Positions 1 through 7,463 of a DNA stretch of 51,774 nt are shown piece after piece. The notes beneath the pieces are model-generated. The model was given only the letters and a program-made list of their open reading frames with translations. It was not told where the DNA came from and ran no database searches. Numbering within the stretch: position 1 is the stretch's first letter; the number at the start of each line of letters is the position of its first letter. A program made the translations under genes and the position numbers. Location of the stretch: contig JAFOER010000006.1 in NCBI GenBank assembly GCA_017380095.1, positions 1 to 51,774 of the forward strand. Direction: 5' to 3'. The DNA comes from Bacteroidales bacterium (GTDB lineage Bacteria; Bacteroidota; Bacteroidia; Bacteroidales; UBA932).

Positions 1-58
1 AAATATCAGCCTCTCTTCCCAACAGAACCGGCTCAAACTCCACCTTTCTCATACTCAT
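1..58 (-). CDS. N-terminal fragment of an unidentified protein; the gene continues past the left edge
   Basis: Minus-strand ATG at 58 (second ATG at 52) opens the frame MSMRKVEFEPVLLGREADI..., which runs off the window. A TAACTTTG -7 box lies 12 nt upstream. Too short to identify. Confidence 0.3.
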   Translation of the reverse strand, partial: MSMRKVEFEPVLLGREADI

Positions 59-69
59 ACTTATTTCTG

Positions 70-77
70 CAAAGTTA
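70..77 (-). promoter_or_regulatory. Candidate Bacteroides-type -7 promoter box (TAACTTTG) for the left-edge gene
   Basis: Exact match to TAnnTTTG on the minus strand, 12 nt upstream of the ATG at 58. Confidence 0.35.
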
Positions 78-167
78 CTGATATTTTAATAATATACAAT
101 AGATTAAGCTTACATATACTTAACTTTTAACTTAAGTACTTTAACGGTACGAGAATTTATTATAATA

Positions 168-254
168 CAAGCTCTGTTTGTTTAACATAACGGGTGATGT
201 AGTCTTGAAAGCCGCTCTTCGCTCTCAGATCATAAAATTAAAAACTCTGATTGT
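168..254 (+). repeat. Direct repeat copy A (~87 nt), a decayed paralogue of copy B
   Basis: Aligns with 1303..1387. The 24-nt core ATAACGGGTGATGTAGTCTTGAAA (187..210) is identical, followed by GCCGCTC. CTG replaces the ATG that ends copy B. Confidence 0.85.
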
Positions 255-422
255 TATAATTTTCCTATAAGTTTTATCAAAGCTGCAAATAAGAATCCTA
301 TAATAAATAAACTTATACTGCATAAAATAGCGATAGAGAGATTCTGAAAGAAAGCGTTTAAAATTCCTGTCACAATCAGACACAGAAAAACAAGATTATT
401 GCTATTTCGGAGAGTGTATGTT

Positions 423-1133
423 TCATATTTTGTTCATGCGCTTTTTGAGGGCAGAGAATGCTTTCTGGTACAGTGCGGAGTCATCCATAGTGGAAAGCAT
501 CTCCTTGAAGCGGCTCATTGGGATTGTGAAGGTAAGTTCATTTTCAGGCACAAGAGGGCGTGCAGACGGATCCAGCATCCCAAGGAAGCATCTGCGGCCC
601 CCGTAGCGGTTTTCGTTTACGGCAAAGGTAATTATTGATGCACATCCAGAGCCAAACGGGGTTGTTACAGCATCGGGGGAGTTGTTGTCATAGAATGCCC
701 AGGTGGCCAGTCCAGACAACATGTCGGGAACAGCAAAGAATACCAGTGCCTGTGCTTCATCCCAATTGCCAAGTTTGTCCACCCTCACAAAATTAAGGTA
801 TGGCTTTGGAGATATCTGTATATCCAACCCCTCCACATACTCCTTCACCATCTCTTTGGACTGTTTGTAATGCTCAACCTCTGACACAAATACAGGAACC
901 CTCTCCGGCATTGGCTTGAATGCGGTGTAGAGCCCTCCTCCTCCGCAAATGACATTCTCTGCACAGAGGGTAAGCGGCTCTCCATCACGTACTTTGGAGA
1001 TACTCCCGACAATGCATTTTGGTACCGGTCTCACTTCTGCAGCAGGAGTACCTCTGTAGGCAACTGCAATTGGCAGTGGCGCAGCAGGCCCGAATGCCTC
1101 AGTATATTTTGTGATGAATTCCTGGATTGTCAT
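423..1133 (-). CDS. DUF169 domain-containing protein
   Basis: ORF 423..1247, trimmed to the first ATG (MTIQEFITKYTEAF...). Length (~236 aa) and conserved stretches (CAENVICGGGG, GSGCAS, FTIPMSRF) fit the DUF169 family as I remember it. Confidence 0.7.
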   Translation of the reverse strand: MTIQEFITKYTEAFGPAAPLPIAVAYRGTPAAEVRPVPKCIVGSISKVRDGEPLTLCAENVICGGGGLYTAFKPMPERVPVFVSEVEHYKQSKEMVKEYVEGLDIQISPKPYLNFVRVDKLGNWDEAQALVFFAVPDMLSGLATWAFYDNNSPDAVTTPFGSGCASIITFAVNENRYGGRRCFLGMLDPSARPLVPENELTFTIPMSRFKEMLSTMDDSALYQKAFSALKKRMNKI

Positions 1134-1215
1134 GTTGATAAGTTGTTTTGTTTTCAAAGATAAGAAATTCACCAATATCTTTTGTGGAATTGCTTGTACT
1201 TCCAACAAATATGTA

Positions 1216-1223
1216 TACCTTTG
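1216..1223 (+). promoter_or_regulatory. Candidate -7 promoter box (TACCTTTG) for the small-ORF transcript
   Basis: Exact TAnnTTTG match on the plus strand. The DUF169 start lies upstream and the repeat B leader, 51-aa ORF and terminator lie downstream. Confidence 0.35.
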
Positions 1224-1302
1224 CGTTGGAAAAAATATTTCAATCATAGGAGAAGCAAGCGCTCCTACGCAATTTAAACAGGGTAAGAATTTTAATATAA
1301 TT

Positions 1303-1387
1303 CAAGCCCTGTTTTTTGTTATAACGGGTGATGTAGTCTTGAAAAGCCGCTCATCGCGCTCGAATTTCAATTTAAAACTATGATTGT
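1303..1387 (+). repeat. Direct repeat copy B (~85 nt), which forms the leader and start codon of the 51-aa ORF
   Basis: Aligns with 168..254. The identical core is at 1321..1344, with a 1-nt indel (extra A at 1345) relative to copy A. Confidence 0.85.
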
Positions 1388-1535
1388 AGTCAATATTTTT
1401 TCCAACAAATGCGTAATAGAGCGCCTTAGCAAAGAGTGCAAGGATGCTCCCCGTAAACAATTTTTTATCCGAGGCCACTTCAGAGTGGTTAACGGCAAGA
1501 AGGTTTACGTAAAGCCCCATTACCGTAAAGGGTAA
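1380..1535 (+). CDS. Small, highly basic hypothetical protein of 51 aa (below the ORF-track cutoff)
   Basis: My own translation is MIVVNIFSNKCVIERLSKECKDAPRKQFFIRGHFRVVNGKKVYVKPHYRKG, with 13 K/R against 3 D/E. An in-frame TGA lies at 1329 and a strong plus-strand terminator lies 37 nt after the stop. No homology could be tested. Confidence 0.4.
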   Translation: MIVVNIFSNKCVIERLSKECKDAPRKQFFIRGHFRVVNGKKVYVKPHYRKG

Positions 1536-1571
1536 CAGGGCATAAACTTATAGCATCTTCCACCCGTTTGG

Positions 1572-1602
1572 ACACCCGCAGAGATGTGGGTGTTCTTTTA
1601 TT
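1572..1602 (+). terminator. Rho-independent terminator
   Basis: Stem ACACCCGCA / TGTGGGTGT (9 bp with one G.U) around a GAGA tetraloop, followed by TCTTTTATT. The opposite strand has no U-tract. Confidence 0.7.
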
Positions 1603-1636
1603 GGATGTAAAGTTTGGACATAATTTATAATATGTC

Positions 1637-1644
1637 TACTTTTG
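1637..1644 (+). promoter_or_regulatory. Candidate -7 promoter box (TACTTTTG) for the MazG-like gene
   Basis: Exact TAnnTTTG match, 29 nt upstream of the ATG at 1673. Confidence 0.45.
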
Positions 1645-1672
1645 TTTATCAGATAAGCTAATATATGTGTCT

Positions 1673-2002
1673 ATGGGTGAGATAAAAGAAATAACCGAAA
1701 AGATAAGACAATTTACAGAAGATAGAGATTGGGATCAGTTCCACAATCCAAAAGACTTGGCTATAGCTATTAGCATAGAGGCCAATGAATTATTGGAGTG
1801 CTTCCTTTGGAAATCCCATAATGAGGCCAAACCGGAGAAAGTAAAAGAAGAATTGGCAGATATTTTTAATTATGCATTTCTTTTGGCCGAAAAACTAAAT
1901 CTTGACCCATTGCAAATTGTAGAAGAAAAAATGCGTAAAAATGCTGAAAAATATCCTGTCGAAAAATCCCGTGGAACTGCAAAAAAATATAATGAACTAT
2001 AG
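1673..2002 (+). CDS. MazG-like nucleotide pyrophosphohydrolase (small all-alpha NTP-PPase, DCTPP1/RS21-C6-like)
   Basis: Contains RDWDQFHNPKDLAIAISIEANELLECFLWK and EELADIFNYAFLLAE, the ExxE/ExxD metal-binding helices of the MazG superfamily. The ORF-track start at 1667 is GTG; the first ATG is at 1673. Confidence 0.85.
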   Translation: MGEIKEITEKIRQFTEDRDWDQFHNPKDLAIAISIEANELLECFLWKSHNEAKPEKVKEELADIFNYAFLLAEKLNLDPLQIVEEKMRKNAEKYPVEKSRGTAKKYNEL

Positions 2003-2014
2003 CTGAGGATCTAT

Positions 2015-3748
2015 TTATCTATATGTATCCATAAATCTTTTCAGGTAATTCTGCATTCCCTGATTACATGCATATACATAACATCCTTTTATACCTCTAG
2101 TCATCATAACTTTATATGAGTTGACAATATACTTCTTTAGAGTAGCGTCGTCAACCCCACTTTTCACCTTGGTATCATAGAATTTGCTTCTGTCTATAGT
2201 AATGGTTTGGGATTGCTCATCATAATCAATCTCTTTACCAAATATTACAGCTACATAATTCAGATCATATCCCTGAGTTGTATGGACACATCCTATTTCA
2301 TTCACAGCTCCAGGTCGTAAAATCCACTCCTGATTGCTCATATTCCATACATACTTTTCGCCATCAAGTTCAATATCCTCCAAACCTTTGTCTATAGCTT
2401 GTTCCAACGTTATACACTCTTTGGATTGCCATTCCCATGAATAACCGGCAACTACTCTACACAAAGACATTAAAGAATCTTTATGGCGTATTTCCCTAAT
2501 CATAGCATTCGGATCATCCCAAATTTTAAAATCATAACTGGTGATATCCAATTTTTGGCTCTGATTTACCTGAAAAATATCATCAAGATATTGGGTATAA
2601 GCTACACCTCCCTCACATCTCATTTGAGATTTAAGGTTACTCCTATGCCGTACATCTCTTCTTACTAGTGCACTCTCAAACTGCTCGGCTGTTAGATCAG
2701 ATGACTTTACCGTCTGGTTTTCATCATAAACAAGGACACTGTATCTTGACTTGATTTGGATCATATCAAGTTGCGTTGACGTGCTTTCGTCAATATCAAG
2801 AGTCCTGCACGCTTCGTCAAATGAACCGTAACTGGTAATGCCATGCCTTCTTGCCAATCTATGTGATTCATCTACAAATATCACGTCATACTTACCGTTT
2901 TCCTTAACAACTTCTTGAGGACCAATAACCATAGCAGGATTAAGTCCTGTATCTTTTGATGCTTTGAATACGGCCTTGAATGTTTTCCTTATTGAGGTCA
3001 TAGGAACTACAAAAGCAATTTTAAGACTTCCATGCTTATCAACATACTCACGTATTCTGTTGGAAATGGATATCCTTTCAAGCAATTCCAATTGCTCCTC
3101 CGGACCAAGATCGCCATCGTTATATCTGATATTCATTGCACTCATAAGAGTATATATCATATGGATAACGACGATAGATTTACCTGTACCTGCCTTACCA
3201 CTTAAGATTGAGGTACCAGTCTTGTCACTTTCCAGGGTATCCAATATGTTACTTATAATTTCATGTGATACCGCTTCCTGTTCAGGAGTTAAAGTATTAT
3301 ATGGAGAATACTTGAACAAATTGGAGTTTCTGATTTCAGAAGAGCTGCTTTTTGTAATATTGTGTCTTTTTAATTCATTCCAGATTTCATCAACCTTACT
3401 TTGATAAAGTGCCCGTTGGTAATAATCATGTTTACATGACTGCCCTCCATTTTTATTCTGCAACTTGTACTTCTGGTCTGCCAAAAACATTTGAATCAAT
3501 GTCTGCTCAATATCCAATATTGCAGATTTATTGAATTGATCATCAAAGATAAATCGGATATTGATAAGGGATTGCCTTTCCGGATTATTAAGATGTTGAT
3601 TAAACCTGCCTCCCGCACTGGTAGTTTCACCAACATACAATTGTTTATCATTGTCAATCAAATAAACAACAGGCCAATTCTGACCTTTAGGATGCTGTTT
3701 GAGCAACTGTAAACCGTCATTACTGAATATGTAATTTCTAATTTCCAT
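2015..3748 (-). CDS. GIY-YIG nuclease domain fused to a DUF2075 (Schlafen-like) P-loop ATPase/helicase
   Basis: The N-terminus reads VVYLIDNDKQLYVGETTSAGGRFNQH...DIEQT, which fits the GIY-x9-YIG-x8-R...E pattern. Walker A is GKAGTGKS and Walker B is VIFVDESHRL. VYDENQ, HTTQGYDLNYVAVIFG and MTRGIKGCYVY are typical of DUF2075. The track start at 3763 is TTG; the first ATG is at 3748. Confidence 0.8.
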   Translation of the reverse strand: MEIRNYIFSNDGLQLLKQHPKGQNWPVVYLIDNDKQLYVGETTSAGGRFNQHLNNPERQSLINIRFIFDDQFNKSAILDIEQTLIQMFLADQKYKLQNKNGGQSCKHDYYQRALYQSKVDEIWNELKRHNITKSSSSEIRNSNLFKYSPYNTLTPEQEAVSHEIISNILDTLESDKTGTSILSGKAGTGKSIVVIHMIYTLMSAMNIRYNDGDLGPEEQLELLERISISNRIREYVDKHGSLKIAFVVPMTSIRKTFKAVFKASKDTGLNPAMVIGPQEVVKENGKYDVIFVDESHRLARRHGITSYGSFDEACRTLDIDESTSTQLDMIQIKSRYSVLVYDENQTVKSSDLTAEQFESALVRRDVRHRSNLKSQMRCEGGVAYTQYLDDIFQVNQSQKLDITSYDFKIWDDPNAMIREIRHKDSLMSLCRVVAGYSWEWQSKECITLEQAIDKGLEDIELDGEKYVWNMSNQEWILRPGAVNEIGCVHTTQGYDLNYVAVIFGKEIDYDEQSQTITIDRSKFYDTKVKSGVDDATLKKYIVNSYKVMMTRGIKGCYVYACNQGMQNYLKRFMDTYR

Positions 3749-3777
3749 CTTGGTTATGTTCAATCAATTATACTTCC

Positions 3778-5241
3778 CTACCTTATCTCCATCCTAATCC
3801 TCCTTGCCATAGGCAAGAGATTGTTGGTGCGGTTGCCGAGGTTCTTTACAAATCCGAGGCCGAGGCCGCGGTACACCAGCAGCACGTAGCCCATTGGGGC
3901 GCCGGGGAGCACCAGTGGTTCCTTTGCAAGGAACTTGAGGGCATCCTCCCTCCCCACTTCAACGGCAGAGATTCCGTCGGGAAGACACTCTGATGCCACC
4001 ATATCTGCAACCACTGCCTGCAGGGCAAAGTCTGCGTGGGGCACGTAGTCCTTTCCCTTCTTGTTTGCCACCGCTATTCCCGACAGCACTGTTCTGAGGT
4101 TTTCCTCCACAAATTTTATCTTCTCGTACAGCTCTTTCCTGTATCCCTTTACAAGATCTCCCTGCAGCACCTTCACATAGTTGTCAGGAAGATACCGGCA
4201 ATCCTTATCCATCTGTGGAGCACCTTTTTTGGCGTCTTTGCCTCCTTTTTTCTTCTTGCCCTGCGCTGCACTTCCAAAACTTGAAGGCTCCCAATCGCCC
4301 TCCTTCCGCACAACAGCCATGAACTGCCCCTCACCTTTAATTTTACACGGTACAAACTGCAACCCGCCCTTCTCCGTTAAAATGATACCTGATTCTGAAG
4401 CAGTTGTAAAAGAAGACGACGTCACAATATTACACCCTAGCCCCTCCAGCCAGGCGAGGTTGCCGTCATTTTCGTGTTTGTTGTAGGTGCAGGTGGAGTA
4501 GATGAGGTAACCGCCTGGGGCGAGGGCGGGCCAGATGTCGGCAAGGATGCGCTGCTGGCGCTGGGCGCAGAGCTGCACGTTGGCCGGGCTCCATTCACCA
4601 ATGGCCTCGGGCTCCTTGCGGAAAAGCCCTTCACCGGAACATGGAGCATCTACAACTATAAGGTCAAAGAGCCCTTCAAAGGCTCCAAAATCTGAAGGGT
4701 CATTATTGGTTACCACCACATTGTCGCAACCCCATTTGGCTATATTGTCGGCCAGTATAACAGAACGGCTCTTTATAACTTCATTGGAAACCAGAAGGGA
4801 ATCCTTGCCAAGCAAAGATACCAGATGGGTAGATTTTCCACCCGGTGCGGCACAAAGGTCAAGGGCATTCACCCGCTGGGCAAAAAATGTCCCCTCCTCC
4901 TCACCGCACCTTGCAGCATAATCCTTCTCTATGGCATTCAAGGCCAGTTCCATATACATGCTGCTGGCCTCCTGTACATAATATCCGCCGGCGTGGAACA
5001 AAGGATCCAGGGTAAATACAGGACGCTCCTTAAGATAGTGTCCCAACTCGCTCCATTTCACTTTCCCCTCAACCTCAGCAGGGAAAAATCCCTCCTCCAC
5101 TGAACTCTCATCCACCTTAAAAGGGTTCACCCTCACGGAGGTAATCTCCTCTCCGGAGCCAATAACATCAAACAATCCCTGTGCAACCTCCTCTCCAAGG
5201 GCCGCAACGGCATACTCTCTAAATTCTACAGGCAATTCCAT
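3778..5241 (-). CDS. rRNA (cytosine-C5)-methyltransferase, RsmB/RsmF (NOL1/NOP2/Sun) family
   Basis: SAM motif DLCAAPGGKSTHL and the catalytic Cys motifs DAPCSGEG and YSTCT. The track start at 5250 is TTG; ATG is at 5241. Confidence 0.85.
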   Translation of the reverse strand: MELPVEFREYAVAALGEEVAQGLFDVIGSGEEITSVRVNPFKVDESSVEEGFFPAEVEGKVKWSELGHYLKERPVFTLDPLFHAGGYYVQEASSMYMELALNAIEKDYAARCGEEEGTFFAQRVNALDLCAAPGGKSTHLVSLLGKDSLLVSNEVIKSRSVILADNIAKWGCDNVVVTNNDPSDFGAFEGLFDLIVVDAPCSGEGLFRKEPEAIGEWSPANVQLCAQRQQRILADIWPALAPGGYLIYSTCTYNKHENDGNLAWLEGLGCNIVTSSSFTTASESGIILTEKGGLQFVPCKIKGEGQFMAVVRKEGDWEPSSFGSAAQGKKKKGGKDAKKGAPQMDKDCRYLPDNYVKVLQGDLVKGYRKELYEKIKFVEENLRTVLSGIAVANKKGKDYVPHADFALQAVVADMVASECLPDGISAVEVGREDALKFLAKEPLVLPGAPMGYVLLVYRGLGLGFVKNLGNRTNNLLPMARRIRMEIR

Positions 5242-5253
5242 AATTCCCAAAAA

Positions 5254-6981
5254 TTAGTCACCATCTTCGGCAGTACGAGCCACCTTAACTTCCTGGCCAC
5301 GCTCCTCTTCCGATTCAAAAATATATCTGCAAGGCTCCTCCACTCCCCAAAGGGCATAACGCCTGAACTGCACAGGCATCCCCTCCAGGAACCTTCCATA
5401 ATCCTTAAGTTCCTCACGTGTCCAGTACACCTCACTTATGGCAGAAATGCGTGGAAAAATCGCATACTCCACATCGGCCGGAGTGGCATAATACTCTGTC
5501 CACAGGCACCCCTGGCCGCCAATCACATTCTCCAGCACTGCCGCAGAAAGGGTATCCGGTGTAGGATCATAGTTGTACACTGTATCCAGAGCCACCAGCC
5601 TGAACATATGGGCCAGACGCTTCTCATCGGGCCTCTGCTTGTAGTTCAGGTAACTCTTGCCGTTGGGGGTCATGATTATCTTGTGTCCGCTCTCAGCCGC
5701 AGGAACCCATCGCTGGCCGCCCCTCCATACCATCACAGCCACATCCTCTGCCAGGCCGTTGTCCACCATCTCATCCCATCCAAGCGGAATCCTCCCCCTG
5801 GCCTTGATCATATCACCAACCCTCTGTGCAAAATACTTCTGCAACCCTTTCTCATCGCCCAAACCGTGCTCCTTAATGAAAGCCTGTGTCCTTGGCGACT
5901 CTTTCCACCATCTGTGACAGCACTCATCCGCCCCCATATGGATATACGGCCCCGGAAAAATGTCCATCAGCTCCCCAAAGACATCCTCAAGGAAAGCAAA
6001 CGCCTCCCCACTTGGAGCCATAACATTATTGAGCTTATTGTAAATGCCCCAGGTAATGGCTGGTTTAACATCCCCGTTGCTCTCAGTTCCAAACTGGGGA
6101 TAAGTGGCCAGAATAGCCATACAGTGCCCCGGAAGGTCAATCTCCGGAACAATGGTAATATACCTCTGCGCCGCATACTCCACAACCTCCTTCATCTGCT
6201 CCACGGTATAATAACCGCCATATCTTGTAGAATCAACGCCGGTACCGGGATACAGTCCAATAATTGTACCGTCCCTGTACGAACCCACCTCATTAAGGCG
6301 CGGGTGCTTGCGGCTCTCAATCCTCCAACCCTGGTCATCTGTAAGGTGCCAATGGAAATAATTCAGCTTATGGAGCGCCAGATAATCAATGTACCTCTTC
6401 ACAAACTCCACCGGCATAAAATGTCTTGCAACATCCAAATGCATACCCCTGTACTCAAACGCCGGCGCATCCTCAATCCTCACCGCAGGAACCGCAATCT
6501 TCTTCCCGACAGTCTTCCCGTCTGCCTCCCCTGCAATCTCCCCTTCGCCATTCACAGCACTGTGAGCCACTTCAGGTACCGGCAACAGCTGCAGCAATGT
6601 CTGCACACCATAGAACAGACCGGGCTCATTCTTCCCTACTACAGTAATCTTTCGGGGAAGAACCTCAAGGGAATATGCCCCCTGAACTGCGGCAGAGTCC
6701 TCTTCTATCCTCAATTCAATCTTGCGGGCACCCCATTTGCGCGAGGTTACCCCATAATGCTCCTGCAGATAGCCCTTAAGGAAAGCTGCTGAATTTTCAG
6801 TACCCTCACCCTTACAAACAACAGCGGCACTCCCGCCAAGCAGGAATGCCCCGTTATCCAAAACCTCAATACTTGCCGGATGAGGAACTATTGCATTTAC
6901 CTTTACAGGCTCCACAGAGGAGCAGCTTGCAGCGCAAATACAAATTACAGCAAATATCAGGAAACAGTTTCTATAATTCAT
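5254..6981 (-). CDS. Beta-N-acetylhexosaminidase (GH20), secreted or lipoprotein
   Basis: HWHLTDDQGWR and HMGADE catalytic-region motifs. The N-terminal signal peptide contains Cys (FAVICICAASCSS). Confidence 0.9.
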   Translation of the reverse strand: MNYRNCFLIFAVICICAASCSSVEPVKVNAIVPHPASIEVLDNGAFLLGGSAAVVCKGEGTENSAAFLKGYLQEHYGVTSRKWGARKIELRIEEDSAAVQGAYSLEVLPRKITVVGKNEPGLFYGVQTLLQLLPVPEVAHSAVNGEGEIAGEADGKTVGKKIAVPAVRIEDAPAFEYRGMHLDVARHFMPVEFVKRYIDYLALHKLNYFHWHLTDDQGWRIESRKHPRLNEVGSYRDGTIIGLYPGTGVDSTRYGGYYTVEQMKEVVEYAAQRYITIVPEIDLPGHCMAILATYPQFGTESNGDVKPAITWGIYNKLNNVMAPSGEAFAFLEDVFGELMDIFPGPYIHMGADECCHRWWKESPRTQAFIKEHGLGDEKGLQKYFAQRVGDMIKARGRIPLGWDEMVDNGLAEDVAVMVWRGGQRWVPAAESGHKIIMTPNGKSYLNYKQRPDEKRLAHMFRLVALDTVYNYDPTPDTLSAAVLENVIGGQGCLWTEYYATPADVEYAIFPRISAISEVYWTREELKDYGRFLEGMPVQFRRYALWGVEEPCRYIFESEEERGQEVKVARTAEDGD

Positions 6982-6986
6982 CAATT

Positions 6987-7460
6987 CTAACTGTAACGTT
7001 TTCTCATCTCCTCGGCAAACGCCTCGGGATCTATTTTTGAAGGATCAATCTTTCCGCTCAAAGCCATGCCCAACTGCTCGGTAATCTGGTCTATACCCTC
7101 CTGCAGCTTGCTTCCCAACATCATCTTCACCATCATTGGAAGATCTGCATTAAGCTCCAGGTGGAAAGCGGTCTTGTATGAATCAATGGCGTCGAAGAAC
7201 ACCGTAATGGCAAACTCAAAAGGGGTATTGCCGTAATTCTGGAACATTAGTGAAGAGAAAGGGGTCTTGTGTGTAATCTGCAGACCCATCTTGAATCCCT
7301 GCACCTCACCCTCAATTGTATCCTCAGTTGCCACTACACCCTCCTTTTTGTCGGGAGGAAGGGCTGCAACAAAATTCCTCATGTCTGAGAATGCGGTATA
7401 TAATACATAGGAAGGTTGCTCCACTGTAACAACCTTCCCTTTAATCTGAGTTATTCCCAT
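6987..7460 (-). CDS. Hypothetical protein, possibly SRPBCC-fold
   Basis: 157-aa ORF packed tightly between pyrE and GH20. Size and an alternating beta/long C-terminal helix pattern suggest START/SRPBCC, but I see no diagnostic motif. Confidence 0.35.
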   Translation of the reverse strand: MGITQIKGKVVTVEQPSYVLYTAFSDMRNFVAALPPDKKEGVVATEDTIEGEVQGFKMGLQITHKTPFSSLMFQNYGNTPFEFAITVFFDAIDSYKTAFHLELNADLPMMVKMMLGSKLQEGIDQITEQLGMALSGKIDPSKIDPEAFAEEMRKRYS

Positions 7461-7463
7461 CTT

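Larger units (their letters stand above)
1134..3777. other. AT-rich accessory islet: small basic ORF, MazG-like gene and GIY-YIG/DUF2075 gene
   Basis: By eye ~35-37% GC, against ~50-60% in the flanking DUF169 and rRNA methyltransferase genes. The composition changes abruptly at 3777/3778. Confidence 0.6.

Noticed and set aside
168-1387. Integron gene-cassette (attC) or att-site interpretation of the repeats flanking DUF169
   Set aside because: I looked for inverse core sites (RYYYAAC...GTTRRRY) and a conserved imperfect hairpin. Copy A has ATAAC...GTTAT, but copy B does not. The only hairpin (TTGAAA/TTTCAA in copy B) is absent from copy A. No integrase is present in the window.
1302-1520. 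Minus-strand 72-aa ORF in the DUF169-MazG spacer
   Set aside because: It runs through repeat copy B, and a 1-nt indel breaks its frame in copy A. It has no promoter box or terminator. It lies antisense to a plus-strand ORF that is followed by a strong plus-strand terminator. I consider it a shadow frame.
5608-6792. 394-aa plus-strand ORF
   Set aside because: It lies entirely antisense to the GH20 hexosaminidase, which has clear catalytic motifs. Its translation is low-complexity (P/L/H-rich) with no recognisable domain.
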